Below are positions 24,052-35,655 of a DNA stretch of 64,000 nt, piece after piece. Under the pieces are notes generated by a model. It was not told the DNA's origin, did no database searches, and saw only the letters and a list, made by a program, of their open reading frames with translations. The position numbers and the translations under genes are program-made. Each line of letters starts with the position of its first letter. Position 1 is the stretch's first letter. Source of the DNA: Plasmodiophora brassicae (Eukaryota); the NCBI GenBank assembly GCA_036867785.1, contig CP145424.1, positions 248,001 through 312,000 of the forward strand. The letters are read 5' to 3'.

Positions 24052-24499
24052 CCCTCCCAGGTTACCTTCTCGACGCGCCACCTCCAAAAACTCACTCCGA
24101 CCCACACTGGTGGAGATGGGTGTCGCTGTTGGTATGTAGGCGGCCTTCGCGATGACACCACCACTGACGGACGGTGTGCGCGTCGCGGCTACAGCGACAA
24201 AAAAAGGGGAACAATACAACAAGGTCAGTTCTGCCGGAAGTTGTGACCGTTCGCTCTGCAATATCGTTCGTCCAATGCTATTCTGTTGCCATGAGTCACA
24301 CGGGGACGACCCCTGGTGACGTCACGCGGCATGTTCGAGTGTTCGTACGTTGGTATCTGCGCCCAGCGCCCGCATTGTTATATCTGTGCAAGCGTTCGCG
24401 AACGATCCGCACCGAGCCAGCTGGTCACGCGTTTGAGATAACTCGATCGCGGTCGACTGCCGCCCCCGCCCCCCGCCCCCCTCGAATCAGCTTAACAGA

Positions 24500-25090
24500 A
24501 TGTCGCTGCAAGAGCAGATGATTGCGATCGACCCGTTCATTGCCGTGCACAAGGAGTCGCCTGAGCGGGTCCGGCGCCGCCGTTTCATCGCGGCCCTGGA
24601 GACCGCCGCGCTGATGGTGGCGGTGATCGTTTACATGACCAGTTTGAACGCATTCATGAATTCGGTGCGCGATGGAGCCGAACGGTCCTGGTCGGCAACG
24701 TCAACGAGGCGGCTGTACCGTGCTTTCCGCTCCTGGCGATGGATGGCACTCTTTTTCCTCCCCCTAGCGCTCTTGGTCATCAATCGCGCGCAGCGCTGGC
24801 TTCTTCGTCAATGGCACGTGCTGAGCGCGTCCTTGCTGGTGCCAAGGGTTGCCGGGTGCGCCTGGATCCTCAGCCAGTTCGCCCAGCTCGTCTACCTGAT
24901 GTACCGCATGAAAGCGCGGGACGAAGCCTGGTGCATCAATGCGATCACGTACCTGACGTTGGCTATGGCCGCCCTGACCACCGTCGTTCTCGTCGAGTCC
25001 CTGCATGCGTTCGACGCTGGCCTCCAGATCCTGGGCCAGCGCCGCCGATCCTCGGCAACGCTACCAACAAAGTCTGTCAAAGCTCTATAA
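24500..25090 (+). CDS. Hypothetical membrane protein (about 4 TM)
   Basis: 196-aa single ORF with hydrophobic segments. Confidence 0.6.
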   Translation: MSLQEQMIAIDPFIAVHKESPERVRRRRFIAALETAALMVAVIVYMTSLNAFMNSVRDGAERSWSATSTRRLYRAFRSWRWMALFFLPLALLVINRAQRWLLRQWHVLSASLLVPRVAGCAWILSQFAQLVYLMYRMKARDEAWCINAITYLTLAMAALTTVVLVESLHAFDAGLQILGQRRRSSATLPTKSVKAL

Positions 25091-25640
25091 ACTTTCTGAA
25101 AGCTATACGTAGTGGCTTGACGATTGCACGGACAGCCTGGCTCTCGACCACGACGTTCACGGTGGGCGGTCGTTCCACAGAATGTCGTCCGAGTTCGGTC
25201 TGCGCTTACAATTGTTCGGGACGGGAATAACCCGGCCTAACGTTCCTGGTTTCAAACCTGACTATGTGCAACGACGCCAGTTCATGCAGAGCAACGTGTA
25301 CGTTCGACGCATTCGTGATATCAACGGGTATCGTCTCAGGTTTGAACTACTTACGATGGGTCTGATTCGCGGAAGCGATACGTAAGCAGCCCTCCAGGGT
25401 TCAAACCCATCACACCAAAACTGGCCAAACCAACAACAACGACGCCGACGACGACGCCAACGGTATCGTGCAACACCGTCAGTCCAAGCCCTAATATCTA
25501 CACCATGACTCGCCACTGTGACCCGATCGGACGACCGTTAGAGCTCGACTGGGTGGGGGCACGTCGGCCACCGGAGACTGGTCGTACCGGGCGCGTTCGT
25601 GTACAGAGGGCACGGCCACAGTAGAGCAACAAACGGCGCG

Positions 25641-26210
25641 ATGGCGCTGCGGGAGGCCGTCGGCTTCGGCATGGGGATGCTTGCCCAGGAGGCCGTCAAC
25701 TGGGGTAAGTTAATCGTCGCGCAGCGGCACCGCTCAGGTCACTGATCGCATCGCACACGAGAAGCGTGCCGCTGGTACCAGGCGAGTGCGAGGAACGTAT
25801 CGACGGCGCCTTCGGTGGTGCGACTGACACGACGGGCCGACCTCCAATATAGTACCCCAGGTAGCGCGCGTTCGGCTCGCGTCAACAGCAACGCGTGGGC
25901 GATGCCGCCTGGTGCCGTACTGGAGGGCCACCTGCACATCGACACATCGCAGCCGCCGGGCGTCGAGTACACGATTGCTGCCCCACCCTGGCTCGACGTC
26001 GGACGCATCAACAGGCACGTCCGCAAGGGGCTCCTGGGCGGCTCCTTGGCTCGGGGTGAATCACAGTGCCAGGACCGGTTGCTCGATAAGCTGGGCCGTC
26101 AGGCGGTGACCCAGGCGTCACTCGTGATGACACCATTCCATTTGGCGTACTCACCGTTGATTCGGCTCTCCATCAATCGATAACAGTCGCGCGTAGAGCG
26201 GACGTGATTC
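25641..26210 (+). CDS. Hypothetical protein, probably multi-exon
   Basis: ATG 25641 followed by a GTAAGT donor and a downstream open frame (AMPPGAVLEGHLHID...); 3' end uncertain. Confidence 0.35.
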
Positions 26211-26530
26211 TGTTGTCCTGATGTGAAGCTGGGTGAAGCAGCCGTCCAATACTACCTCACGGCCGCGTGTGTACGCCGGCGGCGATGGCTACCACCACGA
26301 GCCGCACCCGCAGAAAACACCTGATGATGCATCCTGACGAGTCTCAACTGCCCGAAAGCCTGGAGAACATTCTCCAGGCACCCATCTTATAAACAGCGCG
26401 CCATCCAGGCAATGACCTCGAAAGGGCGCCTCATCGTCGGTCTCGTTCATTGCCATTACAACGCGTCCAATCACGTAGCAGCCGCGCTACCATTTGCAGT
26501 CATCAATACAGGAACATGGTACTGGCGCGT

Positions 26531-26592
26531 GCAGAACCAGTCCATGGAGCTGCAGAACCAGTCCGTGGAGCTGCAGAGACAGTCCGACGGGC
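26531..26592 (+). repeat. 21-bp tandem repeat x3 upstream of zinc-finger gene A1
   Basis: gcagaaccagtcc(a/g)tggagct units. Confidence 0.8.
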
Positions 26593-26647
26593 TCAGAATA
26601 TTGCGCCGCGGATCACTTCTGATCTGGAGACGTCCTCGCGTCTGGAA

Positions 26648-28696
26648 ATGACATTGTGGACGAAAACACTTGCTGTCGTCCTGGTGGCATGCCAGCTGAC
26701 GTTAGTGACACCCCAGACATCGCAGAATCTCGATGGAGGTGCTGAATGCTCGCTAGCTCCGACAGCAGACGCCAGCTGGCCATGGACCGAGTCTGACGTA
26801 TCTCCACCAGACGTCAACTCGGACCTATTGCACTGTCAGTGAAGGTGCACATGTTCACTGTTTCCTCCTACCTGACCACATGTGGCCGCCCATATAGACC
26901 TCGGTGATCGTGCTTTACTACACGCCTATTCAGCCACCGCTGACGACGTCATCGACGGAAGCGCTCAGTACAAGGCGTCGTTAGCACAGGTATCAGATTG
27001 GTGGCCACTTCTCGATGATGTGGAGTTTCCTGCCGGCAATGACCACGTCTGGCGCCCAGAATCAACTTTGCACAATCCAATTCAAGCAGACCCGCGACCT
27101 GAAACTCACCTCGTGGATGAGTCGCACCCTGCTACAAACCAGCTGTCGTGGCTCTCCCCTACCCTTGCCTCAAGCGACCTTAGCTATGGCATTCGGCCGC
27201 CATGGTCAACTGTCGATGGCGCCTTCACTAGCAACGGAAACATGTTATCGCCACCAATCAGTATGCCAATGCTGACAAACTCCCATGCTGATGAGGAGAT
27301 TCTCACTCGGTTCAACTCCAACGAGTACCTTCCCACTTACATTGATCTTTCGGTAGACCCCTGGCATGACGAACATGGCTTCTGGTCGACATCCCCCGCT
27401 GGCAATGTTGTCTACAGCTTCGGGAACGACGTGCTAGGGGTATCATCCGTCCTTTCTGATATGGATCTGCCCTCTTTTATTAACCTTGGAGGGCAGTTCC
27501 CCTTGCCATCCGCCCATGCAGATGAGCAGTTTCTCTCTCATCTTAACCCCAACGATTGTCCTCCCACTGACGTTCATCTTCCGGTAGATCCCTGGTATGG
27601 CGAACATGGCCTCTGGTCAACACCTCCCGCTGGCAATGTCGTCTCCAGCATCGGGAATGATGTGCCAGGGGTATCATCCGTCCTTTCTGATGTGGACCTG
27701 CTCTCTTTCATCAACTCTGACGGGCATTTCCCCAATGCCTTTCACTCCCCAACCAGCTCCATTCAAATTGCGTTACAGTCGCAAATCGCTACCCAGATAC
27801 CACCTGACACCTTTTTGAGCACATGGCCGGCTCACGCCATCGGGGACATTCCCATTGATACCCACTCCATAGACACCTCTCGTATCGTGTCTCTTTCCCA
27901 CGCCGCGGCACGTATCTCGGACGATGCCGACTGCTGTCCCCTGTCCTCTCTAGCTTTACAGAAACCGCAGTTCCCCGACAATGGACATTGGATGGAAACA
28001 GGGCCCTCCTATGTGCTTTCTGCAGCTGAGTGCATTGCCTCGCAATCGATGCAGCGCTCGCAGAATCAAGTCGCCGCCGACCAATACGCCTACAATATGT
28101 TCATTCCAGCAGCACTGATTCCGACTCAGATTCGTGAGGGCGACTACGGCACCTTCAGCAGGATCATAAGCGAACCCCCTTCCCTGGAGTCGCTTGCTGC
28201 ATCCAGCCACGACCGCTGCACTGCTGTCCCGTTCCCACCTGAACCAGTGCGGGCTCAAGGTACCACTGAAGAATCTGTCAACATGAGCGGTTTACAGTTG
28301 CAGCAGGGGCTGCCGAAACCTCATGGGCGTCGACCCCGACGTCCCAGTAAGAAATGTGAGCATGGGCGTCATCAACATAACTGCAAGATCTGCAGTCCCC
28401 ACAGGTTCTGTGAAGCGCATGGACGACGGAAATGGGATTGCACGATATGCGGCGGTCCCGGCACCTGTGTGCATGGGAGACTGACCTACAGTTGCGGAGT
28501 TTGTGGAGGGAAGGGCATTTGTCCACACGACCGACGGAGGGACCGTTGCCGGGAGTGTCGAGGAGGCAGTTTCTGCAAGCACGACAAGTATAAATACGAG
28601 TGCAGGGCCTGTGGTGGCAAAGGCCTTTGCGTCCACCAACGGCGGAAAGACCGATGCGGACAGTGTCGTCGGGCGGCCGAGCTCGCAATGGCCTGA
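26648..28696 (+). CDS. Secreted zinc-finger repeat protein A1 (candidate TF-like effector), 2 exons
   Basis: Signal MTLWTKTLAVVLVACQLTLV; intron 26835-26897 (GTCAGT..CTGAC..TAG) keeps frame; KPHGRRPRRPSKK; six Cx(1-2)Hx6CxxC repeats. Confidence 0.85.
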
Positions 28697-28979
28697 GCGT
28701 GTTGCATCTTGTCCCAATATCTGCGCAAATTGCGATTAAAGAGCAAATCGTGTGATGGATGGGTTCGTATAAGTCTAGTTATAACCGCTGGTGGGACTGG
28801 CAATGGTAGTCCTCGTCGACCCGCTGTTGAAGTTTCTGGGTTTAGCACGTGAAATCGCGTCCCGCGTTTGACGTGCACCGGCAGCGCAGCGGACGACGCC
28901 TCGTTCCGGCCCTGACTGGATGGGGTTCAATCAGGCATGGCGTTTCCCGCTCCGGGTGAGCCTGGAGCGCGTGTTGACG

Positions 28980-29328
28980 CGTGCAGCGGTGCAACCGCGC
29001 GCGTCGGCGCCGCAAGGACGACGACGGCGGCGGCGTCGTTGGATGCCAGGCCCTCGCCACTTGGTCGACGTGACGTTCGTCGTACATAAGGCTCGCGACC
29101 ACCACGACGTTGTCGGCACCGGCGCCACCGAAAGGCGTCCCAACGCGTGCCCAGACGCCCACCGCGCGGATGGCGCCGCTGCTTGTCGCGGAGGCCGCCA
29201 GGCGCAAAGCGCAGATGGCGTCGAAGACAATGGACGCCGGGAACGACCGGTGCCAGTGCCCAGAACGGGCAGGGAGCACCCGAAGCCCGTTCAAGGCGCA
29301 GTGCATCAACTGTTTCTGCAGCCATTAA
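28980..29328 (+). pseudogene. 3' fragment of the gene at 63442-63966
   Basis: LSAPAPPKGVP..MAPLLVAEAARRKAQMASK..SPFKAQCINCF; lacks the 5' part. Confidence 0.75.
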
Positions 29329-29703
29329 ACCGTTCGACCCTGGTCGTGCCCTTGACGTTGTTCTGATGGTGCTCTCCGTTGGCTCGATCGCGCGAACGGC
29401 GATCCGCAGGGAACCCTCAGCGACCCCGGGCACACACGTCACTCGGTGTGAGCATCGCCATGTACTTGTTGAAGGCGCAGGCGCCGATCGGGACCATCCC
29501 GCAGGGCATGCCTTTACCGGCGACGATCATGTCCGGGTGCAGGTCGAATTGCTCTACCCCCGAGCACACCGCATGGCGTCCGGTAGCCTCAGCCAGCCTT
29601 GCTCTATGGCACTCGCCCTAATATGCCACGGAGACAGTCCGACGGACTCAGAATTGCGCCGGATCATATTGTATTTTGCAGATCTGGAATCAGCGCGTGT
29701 GGA

Positions 29704-31514
29704 ATGACATCGTGGGCAACACTTGCAGTCGTCCTGGTCGCATGCCAGCTGACGTTAGTGGCATCGGTGATATCGCAGCATCTCGGTGCAGGTACCGGTG
29801 CGCTAGCTCCGGCATCAGACGTCAGCTGGACCCAGTCTGACGTGTCTCCCCCAGACGTCAACTCGGACCTGTTTCACCGTCAGTGAAGTTGCACATGTTC
29901 ATTGTTTGCCTACTACCTGACCACATGTGACCGTCCATATAGACCTCGGTGGTCGTACCTTACTACACGCCGATTCAGCCACCGATGACGAGTTCGTCGG
30001 CGGCGGAAGCGCTCAGTACCAGGCGGCATTAGCAGGGGTATCCGATTGTTGGCCACTCCGCGATAATGTGGGGATTCCTGTCGGCGACATCTACGCCTGG
30101 CATCCAGAATCAATCATCCACAACCAAATTCAAGCCGGCCCGCGACCTGAAGCTGACCAAATCGTGTCGGAGTCGCTCTCTTGTGCATAGCCTGCCACGG
30201 CACTGTCCAGACCTTGTCTCAGGCGACCTTGTAATCAGTTATGGCGTTCCGCGGCCATCGTCAGCCGTCGATGGCGAAACGAGCAACGGAAACGTACCAT
30301 CGTCATCGATCCGTGCGCCTTTCTTGCCATTCGCCCACGCAGATGAGCAATTTCCCTCTCCATTTAACTCCAACGATTGTCCTCCCAATGACGTTCATCT
30401 TCCGGTAGATCCCTGGTATGGCGAACATGGCCTCTGGTCAACATCTCCCGCTGGCAATGACGACGTCTCCAGCATCGGAAATGAGGTGCGAGGGGTATCA
30501 TCCGTCCTTTCTGATATGAATCTGCTCTCTTTTATCAACTCTGAAGGGCATTTCCCCAATGCTTTTCACTCCCCTATCAGCTCCATTCAAGTTGATTTGC
30601 AGCCGCAAATCGCTACCCAAGAACCACCTGGCACCTCTCTGAGCACATGGCCGGCTCACGCCATCGGGGACATTCCCATTGATGCCCACTCCATAGACAC
30701 CTCTCGTATCGCGTCTGACGTTTCCCACGCCGCGGCACGTCCAGACGACGCCGACTGCTGTCCCCAGTCCTCTATAGGTTTACAGAGACCGCAGTTCCCC
30801 GACAATGGACACTGGATGGAAACGGCGCCCACCAATGTACTTTCCGCAGCTGAGTGCATTGCCTCGCAATCGATGCAGTACTGCTGGCAGAATCAAGTCG
30901 CCGCCGACCCATACGCCTGGAACCTGTTCACTCCAGCACCACTGAATCCGGCTCAGATTCGTGAAGGCGACTACGGCACCTTCAGCAGGATCATAAGCGA
31001 ACCCCCTTCTCTGCAGTCGCTCGCTGCATCTAGCCACGACCGCTGCAGTACTGCTGTCCCGGTCCTACCTGAAGCAGTGCGGCCTCAGTGTACCACAGAC
31101 GAATCTGTCAACATGGGCGGTTTACAGTTGCAGCAGAGGCTGCCGAAACCACCCCGACGTCCCCGTAAGTCATGTGAGCATTGTCATCACAAACATATGT
31201 GCAAGATCTGCAGTCCGCACAATTTCTGTGAACCGCATGGACGACGGAAATGGGATTGCACGACATGCGGCGGTGCCGGCACCTGTGTGCATGGGAGACG
31301 GACATACCTTTGCGGAGATTGTGGAGGGAAGGGCATTTGTCCACACGACCGACAGAGGCAGCAGTGCCGGGAGTGCCGAGGAAGCAGTATCTGCAACCAT
31401 GACAGGTATAAATACCATTGCAAGGCCTGTGGTGGTAAGGGCCTTTGCTTCCACCAGCGGCAGAAAGGCCAATGCGGAGAGTGTCGTCGGGCGGCCGAAC
31501 TCGATATGGCCTGA
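29704..31514 (+). pseudogene. Secreted zinc-finger repeat protein B1, frameshifted (TAG at 30188-30190)
   Basis: gcatagcctgcc versus gcatacctgcc in B2, a 1-bp insertion; the rest is intact including six repeats. Confidence 0.8.
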
Positions 31515-31809
31515 GCGTGTTGCATCTTGTCCCAAGTTGCCCGAATTGCGATTAAACAGCAGATCGTGTGATGGATGGTTTCGTATAACCGCAGGTCGGA
31601 CTGGCCATGGTTGTCTTCGCCGACGCGCTGTTGACGTTTGCGGTATGGTGTCTGCTGGGTCATGTAGCACGTGGAATCCCGTCGCGCGTTTGATGTGCAC
31701 CGGCAGCGCAGCGGACGACGCCTCGTTCCGGCGCTGACTGGATGGAGTTCAAACTTCAATCAGGCATGGCGTTTCCCGCTCCGGGTGAGCCTGGAGCGCG
31801 TGTTGGCGC

Positions 31810-32225
31810 ATGCAGCGGTGCAACACGAGTCGGCGCCGCAAGGAGGACGACGGCGGCGGCGTCGTTGGATGCCAGGCCCTCGCCACTAGGTCGACGTGAC
31901 GTACGTCGTCAGGCCCGCGACGACCACGACGTTGTCGGCACCGGCGCCACCGACAGGGGGTCCAACGCGTGCCCAGGCGCTCATCGCGCGGCCGATGGCG
32001 CCGCTGCTTGCCGAGGATGCCGTCAGGCGCAAAGCGCAGATGGCGTCGAAGGCCAAGGACGCCGGGGAACGGTCGTCGGCGAGCGACGGGCACGGCGATC
32101 CGGCGCGGTGCCGGGCCCCGACCGGGCAGGGAGCATCCGCCACCTGCGCCGCCTGCGATTGCACCGGCTTCCAACGCAGCCCGTTCAATTAGGCGCAGTG
32201 CATCAACTGCTTCCACAGCCATTAA
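31810..32225 (+). pseudogene. 3' fragment of the gene at 63442-63966
   Basis: ATCAACDCTGFQRSPFN then premature TAG before AQCINCFHSH. Confidence 0.75.
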
Positions 32226-32901
32226 ACCGTTCGACCCTGGTCGTGACGGCGTGTGTACGTCCACTGTGTGTTGCATTGGGGAGAGATCCTTGCTGTGTGC
32301 CCGCGCGCGTTCACACTCGACATGCTGGCCGGCGTGCCGCTCGGGCCCTGTCCTGTCCCAGCGCTCTCCTTGCCCGGTATAGGCGGCCAGGTGCGCTCGA
32401 TGGCCGGGCGCCCGTGGCGTTCTTCTGTGCAGTGACATGGGTAAGCAACCAGGGGCGCACCAGTCCGATGATCGATCTTGCATCTACTGCGGTCGCCTTA
32501 CAGGTCGACCACCACGCCCGTTCCTCCACCTGCCCTGTCTGTCCATTCGTGGCCCAAGTTCTCTCCGCTGGTTCGATCACGTGAACGGCGATCCGCAGGC
32601 CGTCCTCAGCGACCCCGGGCGCGCACACACGTCTGGCGATCTGGGACGTTGCAAGGTTCGTTGATCGCCGATCGATACCCGATGCGGTCGCACAGCACAA
32701 TCACCATCGTTGTCATCGCGCTGCTTGCCGTCAACAACCCGACCGCGGCGACATGGACCCCGTATTCCGGACGGTCGTCATCGTCGTCCTGGGCCGCACC
32801 GTCGCCAATATTAGCGAGCCAGGCCGCCTCGCCGTCGTTCGTCGCCTTTAGCGTCGTACCGACAGCGCGACTTCCTGCTGAGGAAGCGATTCCGTAAGCG
32901 G

Positions 32902-33294
32902 TCAAATGCCATGTTTCTCGCCCTGCTCACGCTGCGCCGCATCGGCGTGCGACGACTGTCGCGAGAGTTCTTGCTCCGCCTTGTAGATCCTATCGCGCGT
33001 ACGCGCCAGCTCGGCATCAGACGTCGACATCGTGATGAGGAGCCGCGGCTGTTCCAACGGGTCCATGGCCTGCTTCTGGTAATTCCGCATGCAGGTCAGG
33101 TACTGTTCGACGTCTTGCAGGCTCCTGGTGAAGGCACTTGCGCATGCTCGCTGGTCTTTCTCGTCTTGAAGCAGACGTGCGCCAAGTCTAGCTCGGTCGT
33201 CGATGCTCAGGATTGCCGCTTGAGTCCATGGCATCGTGTGGGCTGGCCATCTGACGGACCTGCTAGTCCTGTAGTTGGCGTGCAAACGCTTCAT
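32902..33294 (-). CDS. Hypothetical small coiled-coil protein, exon structure uncertain
   Basis: Helical charged frame LQDVEQYLTCMRNYQKQ..ELARTRDRIYKAEQEL. Confidence 0.4.
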   Translation of the reverse strand: MKRLHANYRTSRSVRWPAHTMPWTQAAILSIDDRARLGARLLQDEKDQRACASAFTRSLQDVEQYLTCMRNYQKQAMDPLEQPRLLITMSTSDAELARTRDRIYKAEQELSRQSSHADAAQREQGEKHGI

Positions 33295-34076
33295 CGTCGA
33301 TGATCACCAGGTAGGTTGCTTCTGGGGCGTCGTGCGAGCGCACCAGACACAGCTGGCTTATAGGGCGACAGAACGACTTTAGGCCAGGGGGCCTTGCAAT
33401 GTAGAATCGCCTGCATGCACGACTCAACGTAAACTGTATATAGATGACCGGCGCTTAGCGAAAATGTGCCCCAACACTGCGTCAACACACCTTGTCAGTT
33501 CGCGTCGTCATCAGGGAACCCGACGGGACGCACTCGGGGTCGACACCTGTGGGCGTCGCCAGTGGCGTTGATCCAGGGATGGCTGGTCGGGGCCACGCTC
33601 CTTATCTTCAACATAGCTCGATCGCTCTCACGATCGAGCTGGATGCGTCCCATACTTTGTGGAGCGCGGCGGGTTCTCCTGTACTGGAGCGATGCGATCC
33701 GAGGGCGCTAACGACTTGCACCTCAGTACGAGCCGATTGTCAACGACGACAATATCATCCCGCCTGCCGCTGTCCGAGAGTCAAGATTCTCGAGCCACTT
33801 GCCCGAGAGTCAGTCAAGCGTCACTGGGGAGCTCACTGCGCGCACTGCGTGAGAGGCTGAGAGCCCACGCCGCCTGCCGCCTGGTGCCAAACATAGCGCC
33901 TTGCCTGCATGCACGACGGGGTCCCTGTCGACGGACAGGCCCCGATTTTCGACGCGGACTGCGCAGGCGCCCCTGGACCTGGCTGGACTGGGGGCCCGGC
34001 CGCCGGTCGGCATGTCGTCATTCCTCAAACCGTTGCGCTGGCGTTGCGACTGTTCCTGTCCGAAGGCTCCAAGACC

Positions 34077-35321
34077 ATGCTGCGCATGTCGCTTCTGGCC
34101 GCTGTCGCCGTCGTGTCCCTGGTCGCTGCGCAAGATCGCAGGGCTGCCATTGTGATCACCGATGTCAGGTTGGATGACAAGGTGGCGGTGAACTATGTGA
34201 GCTCTGCCGGCAAGTACAGCAGCGTGACTGCCGTGATCACGTGCGTTGCTGACGCTGATCGCGCGCACGGCGACCTGCGAGACTTCCTGGTCAAGACGTA
34301 CCGCAACGGCAATAGCCCTGTTCGCATCATGAGAGTCCCGAATCCGAGGAGCGAAGCCGTCCGATATGAGAAGTTCTTCATCGGCAATGCAACTGAAACT
34401 TCCACGTTCCTGGACCGTATCGACCAGTTGTTCGACAGCCCCACCGTCGTGGACATCTTCCAGATCGCGCCGACTCCTATGGACAACATCGTTCGCCTCA
34501 TTAAGGCGAAAAATGTGCACGTTGGCCTGTACCATCTGAGCTTCGGGTACTGCTCGTCGCAGTACGACTCGTGCGGTATTCCGGACCCTAATGCCCAGAA
34601 GGTATTCCTGGACAGCATCGGGGACGAGATCCGCCGCCAGCACCCGAACGCTGTCGTCGTGTTCTGCAGCAACAAGCAATCGTTCAACCCGCCGGGATCC
34701 GGCAGCTACCAGCCGTACGCGGCCATGAAGGACCTCCTGCCTGAAGACCACCTGGAGGCCGAACTTAAAGAACCGTTCCTCGCCGACAGGCTCCTGGAAG
34801 CCAAAGAGGCCCTGGAGTACTGTAACGTGTCCACCACTACTCCCCTGTTCCCGAACATTCCCGGGCGCAATGTGGATACGACAGCCGATGTCCTGCACCA
34901 GCTGGTCCTGGAGGTGCGCAAGAACGAAAACAAAAGCATGAGTCGCGAGCTTCGCCAGCACTTCCGCACGTATCTCGACGAAGCCCTTCCCGAGCTGAAT
35001 CGATGCATGCATGCAGGTTCCTCGGTCGTCTGGCAGCGCTGCGACAATACCCTGGTGAAGCGTTTGGAAGAGCATGTTCTCCCGGTCTTCCAAGACGATG
35101 CGCAAATGCAAATCCTCATCAGCGATGGCAACCAAGTTGCTGCCGTCATCGACGCCAAGCATCAGAACTGGACCAACCTGAAGGGCATGGAGTTCGTCTA
35201 TAACCACAAGGACAAGGTCTACGAGTTCGCTGAAGCTCCAGGTGCCGCCGACAAAATGCTTTGCGACGCGTCCCCTACTCGGTGCCTCGAACTGCTGCGT
35301 CCCACCTTGCTGTCGCAGTGA
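34077..35321 (+). CDS. Secreted protein with probable nucleoside hydrolase-like (IU-NH) fold
   Basis: Signal MLRMSLLAAVAVVSLVAA; IVITDVRLDDKVA, VDIFQIAP..NIVRLI, LISDGNQVAAVID recall NH motifs; intronless. Confidence 0.65.
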   Translation: MLRMSLLAAVAVVSLVAAQDRRAAIVITDVRLDDKVAVNYVSSAGKYSSVTAVITCVADADRAHGDLRDFLVKTYRNGNSPVRIMRVPNPRSEAVRYEKFFIGNATETSTFLDRIDQLFDSPTVVDIFQIAPTPMDNIVRLIKAKNVHVGLYHLSFGYCSSQYDSCGIPDPNAQKVFLDSIGDEIRRQHPNAVVVFCSNKQSFNPPGSGSYQPYAAMKDLLPEDHLEAELKEPFLADRLLEAKEALEYCNVSTTTPLFPNIPGRNVDTTADVLHQLVLEVRKNENKSMSRELRQHFRTYLDEALPELNRCMHAGSSVVWQRCDNTLVKRLEEHVLPVFQDDAQMQILISDGNQVAAVIDAKHQNWTNLKGMEFVYNHKDKVYEFAEAPGAADKMLCDASPTRCLELLRPTLLSQ

Positions 35322-35655
35322 CCTCGCTCGAATATGGCATGACAACATGAGCAATACACCTGGCGCTGAGCCGCCCATCGCGTTTGGCTTTAAGTATACG
35401 TACTGCAGAGGCACGGCGCGGGCGAGCATCGATCACGTGTGCGCGCGCAGATTGCCACTGCATAGAACGGGGTGCACGTTTGGTCGTCGTTTGGTGCTGG
35501 ACAGAGCAACAGACGAACCAGATACGTACGTGCGAATGCCCGGGGGGCAGATTTCAGGCGGCGAATCGTGCCGTTGCTGTGCCAGGCCGGTAACGTTAGT
35601 ACAGCGTCAGGGTGCCGTCGCGCGATGGATGAATCTAACTCTGTCCGTGCCGCGT

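Noticed and set aside
25182-25385. 67-aa ORF MSSEFGLRLQ...
   Set aside because: Could be a real small gene, but no family recognised and no supporting signal
33810-35429. 539-aa minus-strand ORF
   Set aside because: Antisense shadow of the secreted NH-like gene
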